Shown here: positions 28,274-38,952 of the stretch, one piece after another | Position numbering within the stretch: position 1 is the stretch's first letter | Layout of the letters: every line of letters begins with the position of its first letter | Source of the DNA: an uncultured Ignavibacteriales bacterium | Lineage (GTDB): Bacteria > Zixibacteria > MSB-5A5 > GN15 > FEB-12 | Length of the DNA stretch: 64,000 nucleotides | Assembly (NCBI GenBank): GCA_964503315.1 | Contig: CAZCZL010000012.1 | Coordinates: 10,487-74,486 of the forward strand | Reading direction: 5' to 3' | Position numbers and translations under genes: made by a program | Notes under the pieces: generated by a model | Seen by the model: only the letters and a program-made list of their open reading frames with translations | Databases searched by the model: none | Told to the model about the DNA's origin: nothing

Positions 28274-28870
28274 TCAGGTTCCCTTCTTCTTCGACTTCTG
28301 CAATGACAGACGGTACAAGGGACGGCTATGCGACAACCGCTGAGTTAAACTGAAGCCGAGCCTTTTGAAGATCGCTTCCGGACCGGTGTAGACAAACGCG
28401 GCCGGGAGCTTTTTGCCATCCTTGGTCAGCGGCACCGGATAACTCTCCACGATCTTCCCTTTGCGTTTGTTGATCGCCTTCACCGCGGCCGCACACATCT
28501 TCTCCCCCAGTCCACTGTTGCGGTATTCTTTCCGCACGAAAAAGCAGTTGATCGACCAGACCTGGTCGATATCCGGTCGGGCGTAGGCCTTCATCGTTTC
28601 GGTGCGGGGGAAATCGATCCGCCTGCCAAACGAGCACCATCCGACGGGAGTGGCGCCATCGAAAGCCAAAATCCCGTTGGCATGCCCTGCCTTGACCAGT
28701 TTGCGGAATGCCTGGTGGTTCGGTTCGCCGACCGCCTCGCGCCACATCTTGCCGCCGTGCGGAACGCGCCAGAACATACACCAGCATCCGCCACAGGCAC
28801 CTCGCTCGCCAAAGAGCTCCTCGATAGCGGGCCAGTCATCTGATTTGAGTTCGCGGACTGTAATAGCCAT
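28274..28870 (-). CDS. GNAT-family N-acetyltransferase
   Basis: The start is at the ATG at 28870 (MAITVRELKSDDWPAIEELF). The acetyl-CoA-binding-like segment is FFVRKEYRNSGLGEKMCAAAV. Confidence 0.65.
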   Translation of the reverse strand: MAITVRELKSDDWPAIEELFGERGACGGCWCMFWRVPHGGKMWREAVGEPNHQAFRKLVKAGHANGILAFDGATPVGWCSFGRRIDFPRTETMKAYARPDIDQVWSINCFFVRKEYRNSGLGEKMCAAAVKAINKRKGKIVESYPVPLTKDGKKLPAAFVYTGPEAIFKRLGFSLTQRLSHSRPLYRLSLQKSKKKGT

Positions 28871-29111
28871 GACCGGATCCTTCTCTCTATACCTGGATTC
28901 AGGATAGGAGACATTCGACCAAGGGGCAATCACAAAACAAGCTAACGAAGACCGACCAGAGGGAAACACCCCTATCGACCCTCCCAAAAAGGGCTTGCTT
29001 TTTGGGGGCGGGCAGGGCATCTTTGGTCACCTTTCCTCGGACCGCCGCAACCGGTTGGGGGACAGCACCAACCAGACATAACACAACCTCGATGGATAAA
29101 GGCGTAGACTC

Positions 29112-29450
29112 ATGAAATTTGAAGACACCTTGCAGGGCGAAATCGTCATCATCGACATTTCGGGAAAGATCATGGGCGGCGAGGAGACTACGATGTTCCA
29201 CGGCCGCATTCATGAATACCTCAATCGTAACAAGAAGAAATTCGTCCTCGACTTGGCCAAGACCGACTGGATGAACTCGGTTGGCCTTGGGATGCTGATT
29301 TCGGCCCTCACCTCCGTGAAGAATTCCGGCGGACGGCTGGTGCTCGCCAATATCACCAAGATCGAATCTATCCTGACCATCACTCGGCTGATCTCTGTTT
29401 TTGAGCATTTCGAGAGCCGCGAAGACGCGCTCAAGGCGCTCCAAAGCTAA
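29112..29450 (+). CDS. STAS-domain anti-sigma-factor antagonist (SpoIIAA-like)
   Basis: 112 aa with VIIDISGKI, FVLDLAKTDWMNSVGLGMLIS (phosphorylatable Ser context) and GGRLVLANI. Confidence 0.75.
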   Translation: MKFEDTLQGEIVIIDISGKIMGGEETTMFHGRIHEYLNRNKKKFVLDLAKTDWMNSVGLGMLISALTSVKNSGGRLVLANITKIESILTITRLISVFEHFESREDALKALQS

Positions 29451-29474
29451 AGTTTGCTGGCAGATCAGACTTTG

Positions 29475-29500
29475 AGGCCCGCTATGAGCGGGCCTTTTTT
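29475..29500 (+). terminator. rho-independent terminator after the STAS gene
   Basis: aggcccgc, a tatga loop, gcgggcct, then tttttt. Confidence 0.8.
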
Positions 29501-29591
29501 GTCGGATTTTGAACCTGCCAGCGGATGATTCCTCCTCTCAAATCACCTCTCCGACCGCAACTTATCGGAAAGTCGTTACGTACATGCCGTC

Positions 29592-31934
29592 ATGGGAACT
29601 ATCATCAAATTCGCACGTCTGGCCGCGTTGGTGGCCATAATCCTGACCCTCCCACTTTTCGCGTACGCACAAGAGACTTTTCAGGCCAAGATCAAGCCTT
29701 CGATCACTGTCCCCCGTATCGACGGAAAGGTCACGATCGATGGTCATCTTGATGAACCGATCTGGCGGCAATGCTCCGTGGCCGACGGATTCACCGAAAC
29801 CGACCCCGGCGATTTGATCAAACCTCCGGTCGATTCGAGAGCATTGATTGGCTACGATGACCACAACCTCTATGTCGCGCTCATCGCGTTGGACAACGAC
29901 CCCAAATCTGTCCGCTATTCCCTGCGCGACCGCGACGCCATTTTCCGCGATGACTACTTCGGCCTGATGCTCGATACATACGGCGACGCGTCGTGGGGAT
30001 ACGAGTTGTTCGTTAATCCGCTCGGTATCCAGGGGGACCTTCGGATGATGAATGGCGGCAACGAAGATATGACCTTCGACCTCATCTGGCACTCCAAAGG
30101 GATGGTCACCGACTCCGGCTACCAGGTTGAGATCGCGATACCGTTCTCCAGTCTGCGGTTCCCCAACAAGGAGGAACAGGTCTGGAAGGTCAATTTCTGG
30201 CGTGATCGTCAGCGCGAGGTACGTCGTCGCATGTGCTGGGCGGCTATCAGCCGCGATGACCCCTGCTTCCTGTGTCAGTGGGGAACGCTGACCGGCATTT
30301 CCGGGATAAAATCAGGCAATAAGCTGGAAGTGCTTCCGAATATCATCGCGTTTCAGTCCGGACAATTGCGGGATTACGGCAACCCCGATGATGGTTTTGA
30401 AAATGGCGATGCCGATGCCGAGGTTTCATTCAACGCGCGATATAGTTTGTCCTCCAACGCGACTGCCGAAATATCCGCCAACCCTGATTTCAGCCAGGTT
30501 GAATCTGACGCGACACAGATCGATGTTAACTCACCCTTCGCGCTGTTTTTCGAAGAACGACGCCCCTTCTTCCAGGAGGGGTCCGATCTTTACGGCTCAT
30601 TTGTTGATGTAATCTATACGCGCTCCATCGCCGACCCGGTAATAGCGTCAAAACTAACCGGCAAATTCGGGCGCACCAGTTTCACCTACCTGCTTGGCCG
30701 CGATGAGCACACGCCACTGCTGGTTCCGCAGAAGGAACGGTCGTATCTCTGGCAAGGCGGCAAGAGCACGTCGAATATCTTTCGCATGAAACATCAGATC
30801 AAAGATGGCTCCTTTATCGGTGGCATGCTGACCGACCGTCGACTCGACGGAGGTGGCTCGGGAACGGTCTTTGGCGGCGACTTCTCCTATCAATTCCTGA
30901 AAAATTACCAGGTCGAAGGGCAGCTAGTGGGTAGCAGGACCGATGAGCCGGACGATACTCTTCTCTCCGATGGCGCCGGGGATGCCCGCTTTGATGATTC
31001 CGCGCACACGGTTGCCTTTGATGGCGAGACCTTCTGGGGGCATGCCGGATATTTCAGTATCGAGCGCAATGCCCGTGTCTGGAATGTGAATATCGACTAT
31101 AATCAGTACAGCCCGACCTTCCGCGCGGACAATGGTTTTGTCACCCGTAACAGTAATCGGTCAATCGATATCTGGACCGGCCTCAATTTCCAGCAGAATA
31201 ACAAACTGCTGCAACGTATCGAGCCATCGGTCGGGATCGGCCGTTTGTGGGATTGGGATGGGACCCGCAAAGATGAGTGGTTGGTCCCGCATCTCGAAAT
31301 GCAGTTGACCGGCCAGACATTCGTCTGGGCGGAATATCTTTGGAGTCGCGAGCTGTTCAGGGATGTCTGGTTTCCCGGGATCAGGAGAGCAACCTTTGGA
31401 GTGAATGGGCGACCATCGGAGTTCTTTAATTTCGAGATCAACACCAATTTCGGGCGGTTCATCGCGCGAAGCGGTGAGCTCGAAGAACCGGTACTCGGCG
31501 AGGGAGAAAACTACTTCCTCTGGATATCACTCAAGCCGACCAAACGTTTGCTGATTGAACCGTATATCGAATACTCCAAGCTGGATTTCCCGGAGGACGC
31601 CCAGTACGTTTTGGAGAACCCCAACGCCAGCAGGAATATTTACGACTACTATGTCGCGCGCTCACGATTCAATTACCAGTTGAGCCGCGAATGGTTCCTG
31701 CGCGTGGTGGTTGAGTACGTGCATGGAAAAGAGATTGTCAACACCGGTTCAGGGTATGCGTATGACCAGCAGGCGTATCTTTCGATCGAGCCGCTGTTGA
31801 GCTGGAAACTGAATCCGTTCACGATCTTCTATGTCGGCTCGACGCACGACTACTGGGATGTGAATCAGGAGGGGAAGCTGTACCGTTCCTCGCAGCGCTT
31901 TTTCGCGAAATTCCAGTATCTGTTCAGGATATAG
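29592..31934 (+). CDS. DUF5916 / CBM9-like domain protein (probable outer-membrane or secreted)
   Basis: It has a signal peptide. The N-terminal pattern IDGKVTIDGHLDEPIWRQ...GFTETDPGD...YDDHNLYVALIALD...RDRDAIFRDDYFGLMLDTYGD is typical of the family. The C-terminal part is long and beta-rich. Confidence 0.65.
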   Translation: MGTIIKFARLAALVAIILTLPLFAYAQETFQAKIKPSITVPRIDGKVTIDGHLDEPIWRQCSVADGFTETDPGDLIKPPVDSRALIGYDDHNLYVALIALDNDPKSVRYSLRDRDAIFRDDYFGLMLDTYGDASWGYELFVNPLGIQGDLRMMNGGNEDMTFDLIWHSKGMVTDSGYQVEIAIPFSSLRFPNKEEQVWKVNFWRDRQREVRRRMCWAAISRDDPCFLCQWGTLTGISGIKSGNKLEVLPNIIAFQSGQLRDYGNPDDGFENGDADAEVSFNARYSLSSNATAEISANPDFSQVESDATQIDVNSPFALFFEERRPFFQEGSDLYGSFVDVIYTRSIADPVIASKLTGKFGRTSFTYLLGRDEHTPLLVPQKERSYLWQGGKSTSNIFRMKHQIKDGSFIGGMLTDRRLDGGGSGTVFGGDFSYQFLKNYQVEGQLVGSRTDEPDDTLLSDGAGDARFDDSAHTVAFDGETFWGHAGYFSIERNARVWNVNIDYNQYSPTFRADNGFVTRNSNRSIDIWTGLNFQQNNKLLQRIEPSVGIGRLWDWDGTRKDEWLVPHLEMQLTGQTFVWAEYLWSRELFRDVWFPGIRRATFGVNGRPSEFFNFEINTNFGRFIARSGELEEPVLGEGENYFLWISLKPTKRLLIEPYIEYSKLDFPEDAQYVLENPNASRNIYDYYVARSRFNYQLSREWFLRVVVEYVHGKEIVNTGSGYAYDQQAYLSIEPLLSWKLNPFTIFYVGSTHDYWDVNQEGKLYRSSQRFFAKFQYLFRI

Positions 31935-32016
31935 CGGAGTTTAGTTATTTGTCCGTCATCACGAGCTTTGCTCAAACCATTTGACAAAGCAAAGCGTCGT
32001 GATCTCTGTTGAATTC

Positions 32017-32038
32017 GGGCTTCGACTCCGCTCAGCCC
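32017..32038. repeat. solo copy of the 22-nt REP-like unit
   Basis: gggcttcgactccgctcagccc matches 4686-4707 at 21 of 22 positions. I see no inverted partner nearby. Confidence 0.6.
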
Positions 32039-32346
32039 GATTTTCTGCGTGGCATGCCTCTGCGCCTGTCCGTTTCATCTTGTATTACAATTGTAACATC
32101 TTCTTAGTCCATCCCCCTATATAAAGGGACCATGTAGTCGCCCTCCCGCTATCACTAAGGCCTGGACTCAACATGCAACCATCATCCCTTTATCCCTCAC
32201 AACAACCCCACAAATCGCGTTATCCGCATCGTGTCCGGCACAACCGAATGTTGAATTGCATAGACTTGATGGTTGATGGTTGAGGCCAATTTCTCCTTAC
32301 CGCTCTCCTCCAACAACTTGATGGCTGCAATTTGCCTCCATTCCAC

Positions 32347-32370
32347 AAAAAAGCCGGCGTCACTGCCGGC
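32347..32370 (-). terminator. rho-independent terminator of clpX
   Basis: On the minus strand: gccggc, a 6-nt loop, gccggc, then tttttt. It lies 30 nt after the clpX stop. Confidence 0.7.
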
Positions 32371-32399
32371 CTTGTACATGATCTCTCGTCTAAGTAAAC

Positions 32400-33686
32400 T
32401 TATCCCGCTTTTTTCTTCTCCGCGTGAGTTACCAGTTTCGGTGGTTTGCCTTCGGTGATGGTCTCGGCCCCGACCACAACCTCGGCAACTTCCGGATGCG
32501 ACGGGATATCGTACATCACGCCAAGCATCGCCTTCTCGAAGATCGAGCGAAGCGCACGGGCACCGGTCTTTTTCTCCATCGCGATCTTCACGGCGGCCTG
32601 AAGGGCCTCTTCTTCGAAGCGGATCTTGACCCCTTCCATCTCCATCAACCGCGCGTACTGTTTGGTCAGCGCGTTTTTCGGTTCGGTCAGGATAGACATC
32701 ATCGCGACCGCATCAAGCGGACGCAACGGCGCGACGACCGGGAGACGTCCGACCAACTCAGGTATCAGACCGAACTCGATAAGGTCGGCGGGGATGACAT
32801 GGTCAAGGATCTCATCGGAGTTCTGGCCGACGAACTTTTTGTTCGCCTCAAACCCGACAATGCGACTCCCCTGACGACGGGCGACGATCTTATCCAGACC
32901 ATCAAACGCGCCGCCGCAGATGAAGAGGATGTTCGAAGTATCTATCTGCACGAAGGCCTGCTCGGGATGCTTCCGTCCACCTTTCGGCGGGATATTGGAG
33001 ACAGTCCCTTCGAGGATCTTGAGCAGACCCTGCTGGACCCCCTCGCCGGAGACATCGCGCGTGATCGACGGATTACCATCTTTACGGGAGATCTTGTCGA
33101 TCTCATCGATATAGATGATCCCTCGTTCGGTCTTCGCCTGATTGTAATTGGCCGCCTGGTAGAGACGGACCAGGATATTCTCGACATCTTCGCCGACATA
33201 GCCGGCCTCGGTCAGGACGGTAGCATCGGCGATAGTGAACGGCACTTTGAGGAATTTCGCGAGTGAACGGGCGATGAGGGTTTTCCCCGTGCCGGTCGGA
33301 CCGAGCATCAGGATATTGGATTTCTCCAGGTCGACCGTGTCGCCGGAAGAGACATCGCCCGAGGTCCGTGAGCGGAGATTGAGATTCACCCGCTTGTAGT
33401 GATTGTAGACGGCGACAGCGACCGTCTTTTTGGCGGTCTCCTGGCCGATCACGTACTGGTCGAGGAAGTTCTTTATCTCGGCCGGGCGCGGAAGGTTCTG
33501 GATCTCCTCACTCGGTTCGTAATCAGGCGCGTTCTGCAAGAGGTCGGAGCAAAGCACCACGCACTCGTTGCAGATGTAGGCCTCGTGACCGGAGAACAAC
33601 CGTTTGACCTGCCCGTACGCCTTGCCGCAGAACGAACAGCGGTGCGGCATGCGCGGCGGTTGACCCGCTTGGTGTGTCATATTCAC
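32400..33686 (-). CDS. clpX: ATP-dependent Clp protease ATP-binding subunit ClpX
   Basis: An N-terminal zinc finger (CSFCGK...CNEC), Walker A (GPTGTGKT), [21 protein letters not shown] and GARALRSI are all present. Confidence 0.95.
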   Translation of the reverse strand: MNMTHQAGQPPRMPHRCSFCGKAYGQVKRLFSGHEAYICNECVVLCSDLLQNAPDYEPSEEIQNLPRPAEIKNFLDQYVIGQETAKKTVAVAVYNHYKRVNLNLRSRTSGDVSSGDTVDLEKSNILMLGPTGTGKTLIARSLAKFLKVPFTIADATVLTEAGYVGEDVENILVRLYQAANYNQAKTERGIIYIDEIDKISRKDGNPSITRDVSGEGVQQGLLKILEGTVSNIPPKGGRKHPEQAFVQIDTSNILFICGGAFDGLDKIVARRQGSRIVGFEANKKFVGQNSDEILDHVIPADLIEFGLIPELVGRLPVVAPLRPLDAVAMMSILTEPKNALTKQYARLMEMEGVKIRFEEEALQAAVKIAMEKKTGARALRSIFEKAMLGVMYDIPSHPEVAEVVVGAETITEGKPPKLVTHAEKKKAG

Positions 33687-33720
33687 ATCCTATGCTTCAG
33701 GACCGTCGTGCGGTCGATGA

Positions 33721-34365
33721 CTACTTCTTCTCTTTCTTGCCGAACTCGTAGACCTTGTCGATCAGGCCGTAGTTCTTGGCCTCTTCGGCGGACATGAAGT
33801 AGTCGCGGTCGGAATCCTTCTCGATCTGATCGAGCGGCTTTCCGGTATGGTGCGAGAGAAGTTCGTTGAGACGGCGTTTCGTCCGGAGGAACTCCTCAGT
33901 CATGATAACGATATCGGAGATCTGACCCTGTGTGCCGGCGGACGGCTGGTGGATCATGATCCGGCTATTCGGCAGCGCCGAACGCTTGCCGGCGGTACCC
34001 GACGCGAGCAGGAAGGCGCCCATCGACGCGGCCAGCCCCATACAGGTGGTGGCAACATCCGGCTTGATAAACTGCATCGTGTCATACATCGCCAATCCGG
34101 CGGAAACGGAGCCGCCCGGCGAGTTGATATAGAGAAAGATATCCTTCTCCGGATCCTCGGCGTCGAGGAAGAGCAACTGCGCGATCACCAGGTTGGAGAC
34201 ATTGTCATCGATCGGCGTGCCGATAAAAACGATGCGATCCTTGAGGAGTCGCGAAAAAATGTCGTAGGCGCGTTCGCCGCGTCCGGTCTGCTCCACCACC
34301 ATCGGGACCAGATAACTCTGTTGCGCTTTAGCGTAATGCTTGACGAGATCGTTGAATTCTTTCAC
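33721..34365 (-). CDS. clpP: ATP-dependent Clp protease proteolytic subunit ClpP
   Basis: Motifs are [37 protein letters not shown] (catalytic Ser) and MIHQP. Confidence 0.95.
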   Translation of the reverse strand: MKEFNDLVKHYAKAQQSYLVPMVVEQTGRGERAYDIFSRLLKDRIVFIGTPIDDNVSNLVIAQLLFLDAEDPEKDIFLYINSPGGSVSAGLAMYDTMQFIKPDVATTCMGLAASMGAFLLASGTAGKRSALPNSRIMIHQPSAGTQGQISDIVIMTEEFLRTKRRLNELLSHHTGKPLDQIEKDSDRDYFMSAEEAKNYGLIDKVYEFGKKEKK

Positions 34366-34399
34366 GCGTTGCTTCCTTTTCGCTTATCAGGAACATCCA

Positions 34400-35674
34400 T
34401 TATGCTTTTTTGTCCGGCGCCACCACCTGGGCTTTGCTCATCAGGAAATCGAGTACTTTTTCCTCAAGCAGCGAATCCCGCAAGCTGCTGACCTTGCCCG
34501 ACTTATTCAGGGCCTCGGTCGCCTGCTCTTTGGTGATCTGGTTGCGCTGGGCGAATTCATCTATCCATTTTTCGGTATCTGCCGCCAAAACTTCAATCGT
34601 CTCCTGAGTCGCAAGCTGGTGCCAGATAAGGTCCCAGCGCATCGCCTCTATGCCGACATGGCGGTAGTTCTGCTTAATTTGCTCTTCATCCTCGGCGGTC
34701 GCCTTGGGGTACTGCTTCTTGAAGTCTTCCACTACCGACTCAAGGTATTCCGCCACCATCCCTTCCGGTATCGGGATCGGGTTGATATCGGTCATCTGGT
34801 GGATCAGTTCATGGCGTTGGTTACGCTTGAATGCATCCTCGCGCTGACGTTTCAGGTCTTCGCGGATCTTGAGGCGCATCTCTAGAAGAGTTTCGCCGAT
34901 GCCGGTCTGCTTGGCGAAGCTGTCATCGAGTTCAGGAAGGATCACTTCCTTGACTGACTTCAGCGTAGCCTGATAGGTTATCGATGCTCCGGCGAAAACG
35001 CGGTCGGAGTAATCTTCAGGATAGATGACCTCGATACTCTTTTCGTCGCCGATCTTCATTCCGGGGATCTGCTCACGGAATTCTTTGATCGTGATCGGAT
35101 TGGAGAGATCGACCTCGGAATTCGGGAAGCTGTCGGTCTGGAGGACCAGTTTCGGGTCGGCGATCTTTTTGAGATCCACGGTCACCCAGTCAGCGGTGGT
35201 AGCTTCACGCTCGACCGGACGGACAGTCGCCATCCGCTTGCGCATATACTCAACCATCTCGTTGACATCTTTGTCTGAGACTTCGCCATCTTCTTTGGTC
35301 ACTTTGATACCGGCATAGCCGATGGTGCCGACCTCGGGAAAAACTTCGACCTGGGCGGTATAGTTGAAGCCGCCATCATCGTTGAAATTGAAATCGGTCA
35401 GAGTCGGACGGGTCGCGACCTTAAGGGAATGTTCTTTGACCGCCTCAGGGAGAGTTTCCTTGATCAGGTCATCCACGACATCCGCGCGGACCTCGTTGGC
35501 GAACATATTCTTGATCATCGGCATCGGGACTTTCCCTTTGCGGAAGCCCTTGATCTCAGCTTTCTGCTGGACCTCGACGAATTTCTTTTCCATTTCGGTC
35601 TGTACCCGCTCGGCAGGAACAACCACCGAAAGTTCGCGCACTAACCCTTCACCTGTCTTGACTTCAACTTTCAC
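34400..35674 (-). CDS. tig: trigger factor
   Basis: The N-terminus has GFRKGKVP (ribosome-binding signature). It is 424 aa and sits in the canonical tig-clpP-clpX order. Confidence 0.9.
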   Translation of the reverse strand: MKVEVKTGEGLVRELSVVVPAERVQTEMEKKFVEVQQKAEIKGFRKGKVPMPMIKNMFANEVRADVVDDLIKETLPEAVKEHSLKVATRPTLTDFNFNDDGGFNYTAQVEVFPEVGTIGYAGIKVTKEDGEVSDKDVNEMVEYMRKRMATVRPVEREATTADWVTVDLKKIADPKLVLQTDSFPNSEVDLSNPITIKEFREQIPGMKIGDEKSIEVIYPEDYSDRVFAGASITYQATLKSVKEVILPELDDSFAKQTGIGETLLEMRLKIREDLKRQREDAFKRNQRHELIHQMTDINPIPIPEGMVAEYLESVVEDFKKQYPKATAEDEEQIKQNYRHVGIEAMRWDLIWHQLATQETIEVLAADTEKWIDEFAQRNQITKEQATEALNKSGKVSSLRDSLLEEKVLDFLMSKAQVVAPDKKA

Positions 35675-35934
35675 AAATAATCTCCATCGGCCTCAGCCGG
35701 TCGTGTTAGGTAGCAACGGTCGGGAGGCGGCTGAATGTTCCCGCCTGCCAGGATGGCGGAGGTTCGGGAGATCGGGCCGCATGGTCCGCCGTTATCTGAA
35801 CCTATAATAAAGCACCAAAAGCCACCTGAAAACAAGTGGCTAATTTGGGGCGCAAGTTCTGATGTGACAGACATTTCGCAGGCGGGGCGGGTGGATTGCC
35901 GGTCCGGGCCGCGGCTGAAAGTCACGGGGAAATC

Positions 35935-36019
<85 letters not shown>

Positions 36020-36122
36020 AGTATACAGGGCAACAAGTTAGGCGGTTGTCCACTGTTAGGCAAGTATTAAGTGGAGTGCGGCATTGGCTGACACGCCGAT
36101 GAACCGCGAACCTCAGTTTCCG

Positions 36123-37088
36123 TCAAGGAAGGACCGAGATCACGACTTTCCCGAGCGCGTGACCGGATTCAACGTATCGGATCGCTTCGGGTGTCTCGCT
36201 CAAAGTGTAGCGTTTGCCAATCACGGGGACGACCTTGCCAGACTCTAGTAGATCTCTGATAGCTAACAGGTCGGGTTGGTTGATATTTGCCAACATGCCG
36301 GTGACTTTTCTCCCCTCCCCACCCGAAAGGAGCGGACGAAAAGCGGACATCAAAAGGAAGTTCGCCATTGACCCGCCGACCAGCACGTAGGTCCCGCGGG
36401 GTCTGAGCGCTTTGGCGGAATGCCGGATCGATCCAAAATTGGCGGAGTCAATGATGAGGTCATACTTCCTCGCGCCTTTGGTATAGTCTTCATTGGTGTA
36501 GTCAATGACCGCATCGGCGCCGATGGAAAGAACTGTCTCCCGCTTTGGGCCGCTACAGACACCTGTGACGTGCGCGCCGAATGATTTAGCGATCTGCACC
36601 GCGAAAGATCCCACCCCACCCGCGGCGCCGTTGACCAAGACATGACATCCGGGTTGAATCTCTCCCGCGACGCGAATTGCCTGGAATGCGGTCAGGGCCG
36701 CGACTGGGACAGCCGCGGCTTGTTCGAACGTTAGATTTGCCGGTTTGTGTACCAACTTCTCCTGACTGATGAGGAAGCATTCGGCGAAGCTCCCTCTCCC
36801 TGAGCCAAAGACCTCATCGCCGACCTTGAATTGGGTCACACTCGACCCGACCGCTTCGACTGTACCGGCGAAATCTGCGCCCAGAACCTGGTGCTTTGGT
36901 TTGAACACCCCAAACCCGATCAGGCGCATAAAATAGGGATCGCCGCGCATGATATGCCAGTCCATCGGATTGACAGAGGCCGCATGGACCTTCACCAGAA
37001 CCTGGTTCTCTTTGGGAACCGGTGTCTCTACCTCTTTAAGCTCAAGTCTATCCGCAGGTCCATATGAACTAAGTATGATTGCTTTCAT
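36123..37088 (-). CDS. NAD(P)-dependent oxidoreductase, medium-chain dehydrogenase/reductase (quinone oxidoreductase-like)
   Basis: Motifs are VKVHAASVNPMDW, GADFAGTVEAVG and VNGAAGGVGSFAVQIAK (nucleotide-binding motif). No structural-zinc Cys cluster is present. Confidence 0.75.
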   Translation of the reverse strand: MKAIILSSYGPADRLELKEVETPVPKENQVLVKVHAASVNPMDWHIMRGDPYFMRLIGFGVFKPKHQVLGADFAGTVEAVGSSVTQFKVGDEVFGSGRGSFAECFLISQEKLVHKPANLTFEQAAAVPVAALTAFQAIRVAGEIQPGCHVLVNGAAGGVGSFAVQIAKSFGAHVTGVCSGPKRETVLSIGADAVIDYTNEDYTKGARKYDLIIDSANFGSIRHSAKALRPRGTYVLVGGSMANFLLMSAFRPLLSGGEGRKVTGMLANINQPDLLAIRDLLESGKVVPVIGKRYTLSETPEAIRYVESGHALGKVVISVLP

Positions 37089-37254
37089 GTCATCTCACCT
37101 GTATTGGATTTATCTTAAGGTATGGGGAGTGATGTTCGAGGGCAAGTCATCAAGAGAGCGGGTACCGTCGCGTACTCGGTCACGATCGACCTTTACTGTA
37201 CCGCAACGAGTTACGTTGATTTCGCTTATAATCGACAGTTTGCTCTTGTTTATA

Positions 37255-37286
37255 TCGACTATTTGGCGATATTGCCAAATAGTCGA
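37255..37286. promoter_or_regulatory. perfect inverted repeat, probable ArsR-family operator
   Basis: tcgactatttggc (37255-37267), a 6-nt spacer gatatt, then gccaaatagtcga (37274-37286). It ends 2 nt before the gaaggag RBS of the ArsR-family gene. Confidence 0.55.
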
Positions 37287-37308
37287 CTGAAGGAGCTTGT
37301 TATCGATT

Positions 37309-37635
37309 ATGGATGTCAGAACCAAAGCCCGCTACGACGCAAAAGCTAGGATCATCAAGGCGATGGCCCACCCGACCCGGCTATTTCTGGTGGATGAGTT
37401 GTCGCGCCAGTCGCGCTGTGTCTGCGAGTTGACCGCGCTGGTTGGAGCGGATATCTCTACGGTCTCCAAACATCTGGCGATCCTGAGATCGGTCGGAATT
37501 GTCGAGGATGAAAAACGCGGGCTCCAGGTCTGGTACTCGCTCAAGATGCCCTGCATTCTCAATTTCTTCTCCTGTGTGGAGCAGGTACAGCAGTTGACAG
37601 TCAGGAAACCGCAACGCGTGGTCGCGGGAAAGTAA
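37309..37635 (+). CDS. ArsR/SmtB-family metalloregulatory transcriptional repressor
   Basis: The winged-HTH region is AMAHPTRLFLVDELSRQSRCVCELTALVGADISTVSKHLAILRSVGIV, with a CVC metal/metalloid-site motif. Confidence 0.85.
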   Translation: MDVRTKARYDAKARIIKAMAHPTRLFLVDELSRQSRCVCELTALVGADISTVSKHLAILRSVGIVEDEKRGLQVWYSLKMPCILNFFSCVEQVQQLTVRKPQRVVAGK

Positions 37636-37639
37636 CCGG

Positions 37640-38941
37640 ATGACCTGGAAGAAGGAATGGAAGTCGTTAGCGCTGATCATCGGCGCGTTTCTCGTCAGTT
37701 TCTATTTGCCGGTTGGCACTGGACGATTCGATAACGCTGTCAACGAATCACTTCATCTGGTAAAGTGGTACGCGCAGGAGCATGTGATCCTCTGTCTTAT
37801 CCCTGCGTTCTTTATTGCGGGAGCGATCGGCGTTTTTGTCAGTCAGGCATCGGTAATGCGCTTTCTGGGGGCAAGAGCCAATCGGGTGCTGGCATATGGG
37901 GTGGCATCAGTATCCGGGACAGTCCTGGCGGTCTGCTCCTGCACTGTCCTTCCGCTCTTTGCCGGAATATATCGCATGGGAGCGGGGCTTGGTCCGGCCA
38001 GCGCTTTTCTTTACGCCGGCCCGGCGATCAATGTGCTGGCGATTTTCCTCACTGCTCGAATCCTGGGGTTGGAGATGGGGGTCGCTAGAGCATTGGGCGC
38101 GGTTGTCTTCAGTGTGATTGTCGGCCTGGCGATGCATCTCATCTTCCGGAAAGAGGAGACAGCCAGAGTGGAAGCTCAGATGGCGGCGCCAGAGCCACCG
38201 TCGAGCCGGCCGCTGTGGCAGACAGTGCTCTACTTTGCTTCTATGATCGCCATTCTGGTGTTTGCCAACTGGGGGAAATCGAGCGAACCAGTGGGCGTCT
38301 GGAACTCTATTTATGAGGTCAAGTGGTACCTCACCGGGCTGAGCGCACTCGCGCTTGGCTTAATGTTAGGGCGCTGGATGCACGTGGCCTGGTGGAAGGT
38401 CCTATGCGTAGGTCTGCCGGTCGCACTATCAGGATTTGTCTTTCGCGAGTATCCACTCATTCCGTTTTCGGTCGGGTTTGTTGGGTTATCGATAATCGCC
38501 AGCAATAGCGATGGAGAAATGGGAGAGTGGTTTGAGCAGACATGGGGATTTGCCAAGCAGATACTCCCCTTGCTCCTGATCGGGGTACTTGTGGCCGGAT
38601 TGCTGCTTGGTCGCCCGGGTCACGAAGGTCTGATCCCCTCTACCTGGATCAGCAGTTGCGTGGGAGGAAATTCTCTCTGGGCGAATCTGTTTGCCTCGGT
38701 CGCGGGAGCTTTCATGTACTTTGCCACTCTGACCGAGATTCCGATCCTTCAGGGACTTTTGGGGAGCGGCATGGGGAAGGGACCGGCGCTCGCGCTTTTG
38801 TTGGCTGGACCGGCACTGTCGCTGCCAAGCATGCTGGTACTCCGGAGTATCATGGGCATGAAGAAAACGGCTGTGTTTGTTTGTCTCGTGTGCGTGATGG
38901 CGACCATCACGGGCATGGTCTATGGATATTTCTTCGGATAG
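37640..38941 (+). CDS. permease, ArsP_1/DUF318-like two-domain membrane protein
   Basis: 433 aa with about 10-12 helices. A conserved Cys pair lies in a helix (SGTVLAVCSCTVLPLFAGI). The architecture and neighbourhood (ArsR plus a small thioredoxin) are typical of the PF03773-type permeases. Confidence 0.65.
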   Translation: MTWKKEWKSLALIIGAFLVSFYLPVGTGRFDNAVNESLHLVKWYAQEHVILCLIPAFFIAGAIGVFVSQASVMRFLGARANRVLAYGVASVSGTVLAVCSCTVLPLFAGIYRMGAGLGPASAFLYAGPAINVLAIFLTARILGLEMGVARALGAVVFSVIVGLAMHLIFRKEETARVEAQMAAPEPPSSRPLWQTVLYFASMIAILVFANWGKSSEPVGVWNSIYEVKWYLTGLSALALGLMLGRWMHVAWWKVLCVGLPVALSGFVFREYPLIPFSVGFVGLSIIASNSDGEMGEWFEQTWGFAKQILPLLLIGVLVAGLLLGRPGHEGLIPSTWISSCVGGNSLWANLFASVAGAFMYFATLTEIPILQGLLGSGMGKGPALALLLAGPALSLPSMLVLRSIMGMKKTAVFVCLVCVMATITGMVYGYFFG

Positions 38942-38952
38942 GAGTTTGCAAT

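Noticed and set aside
38336-38347. gggctgagcgca inside the permease gene matches the first 12 nt of the REP unit.
   Set aside because: The match stops after 12 nt, lies in frame in a coding helix (TGLSAL) and has no partner arm. I treat it as chance similarity.
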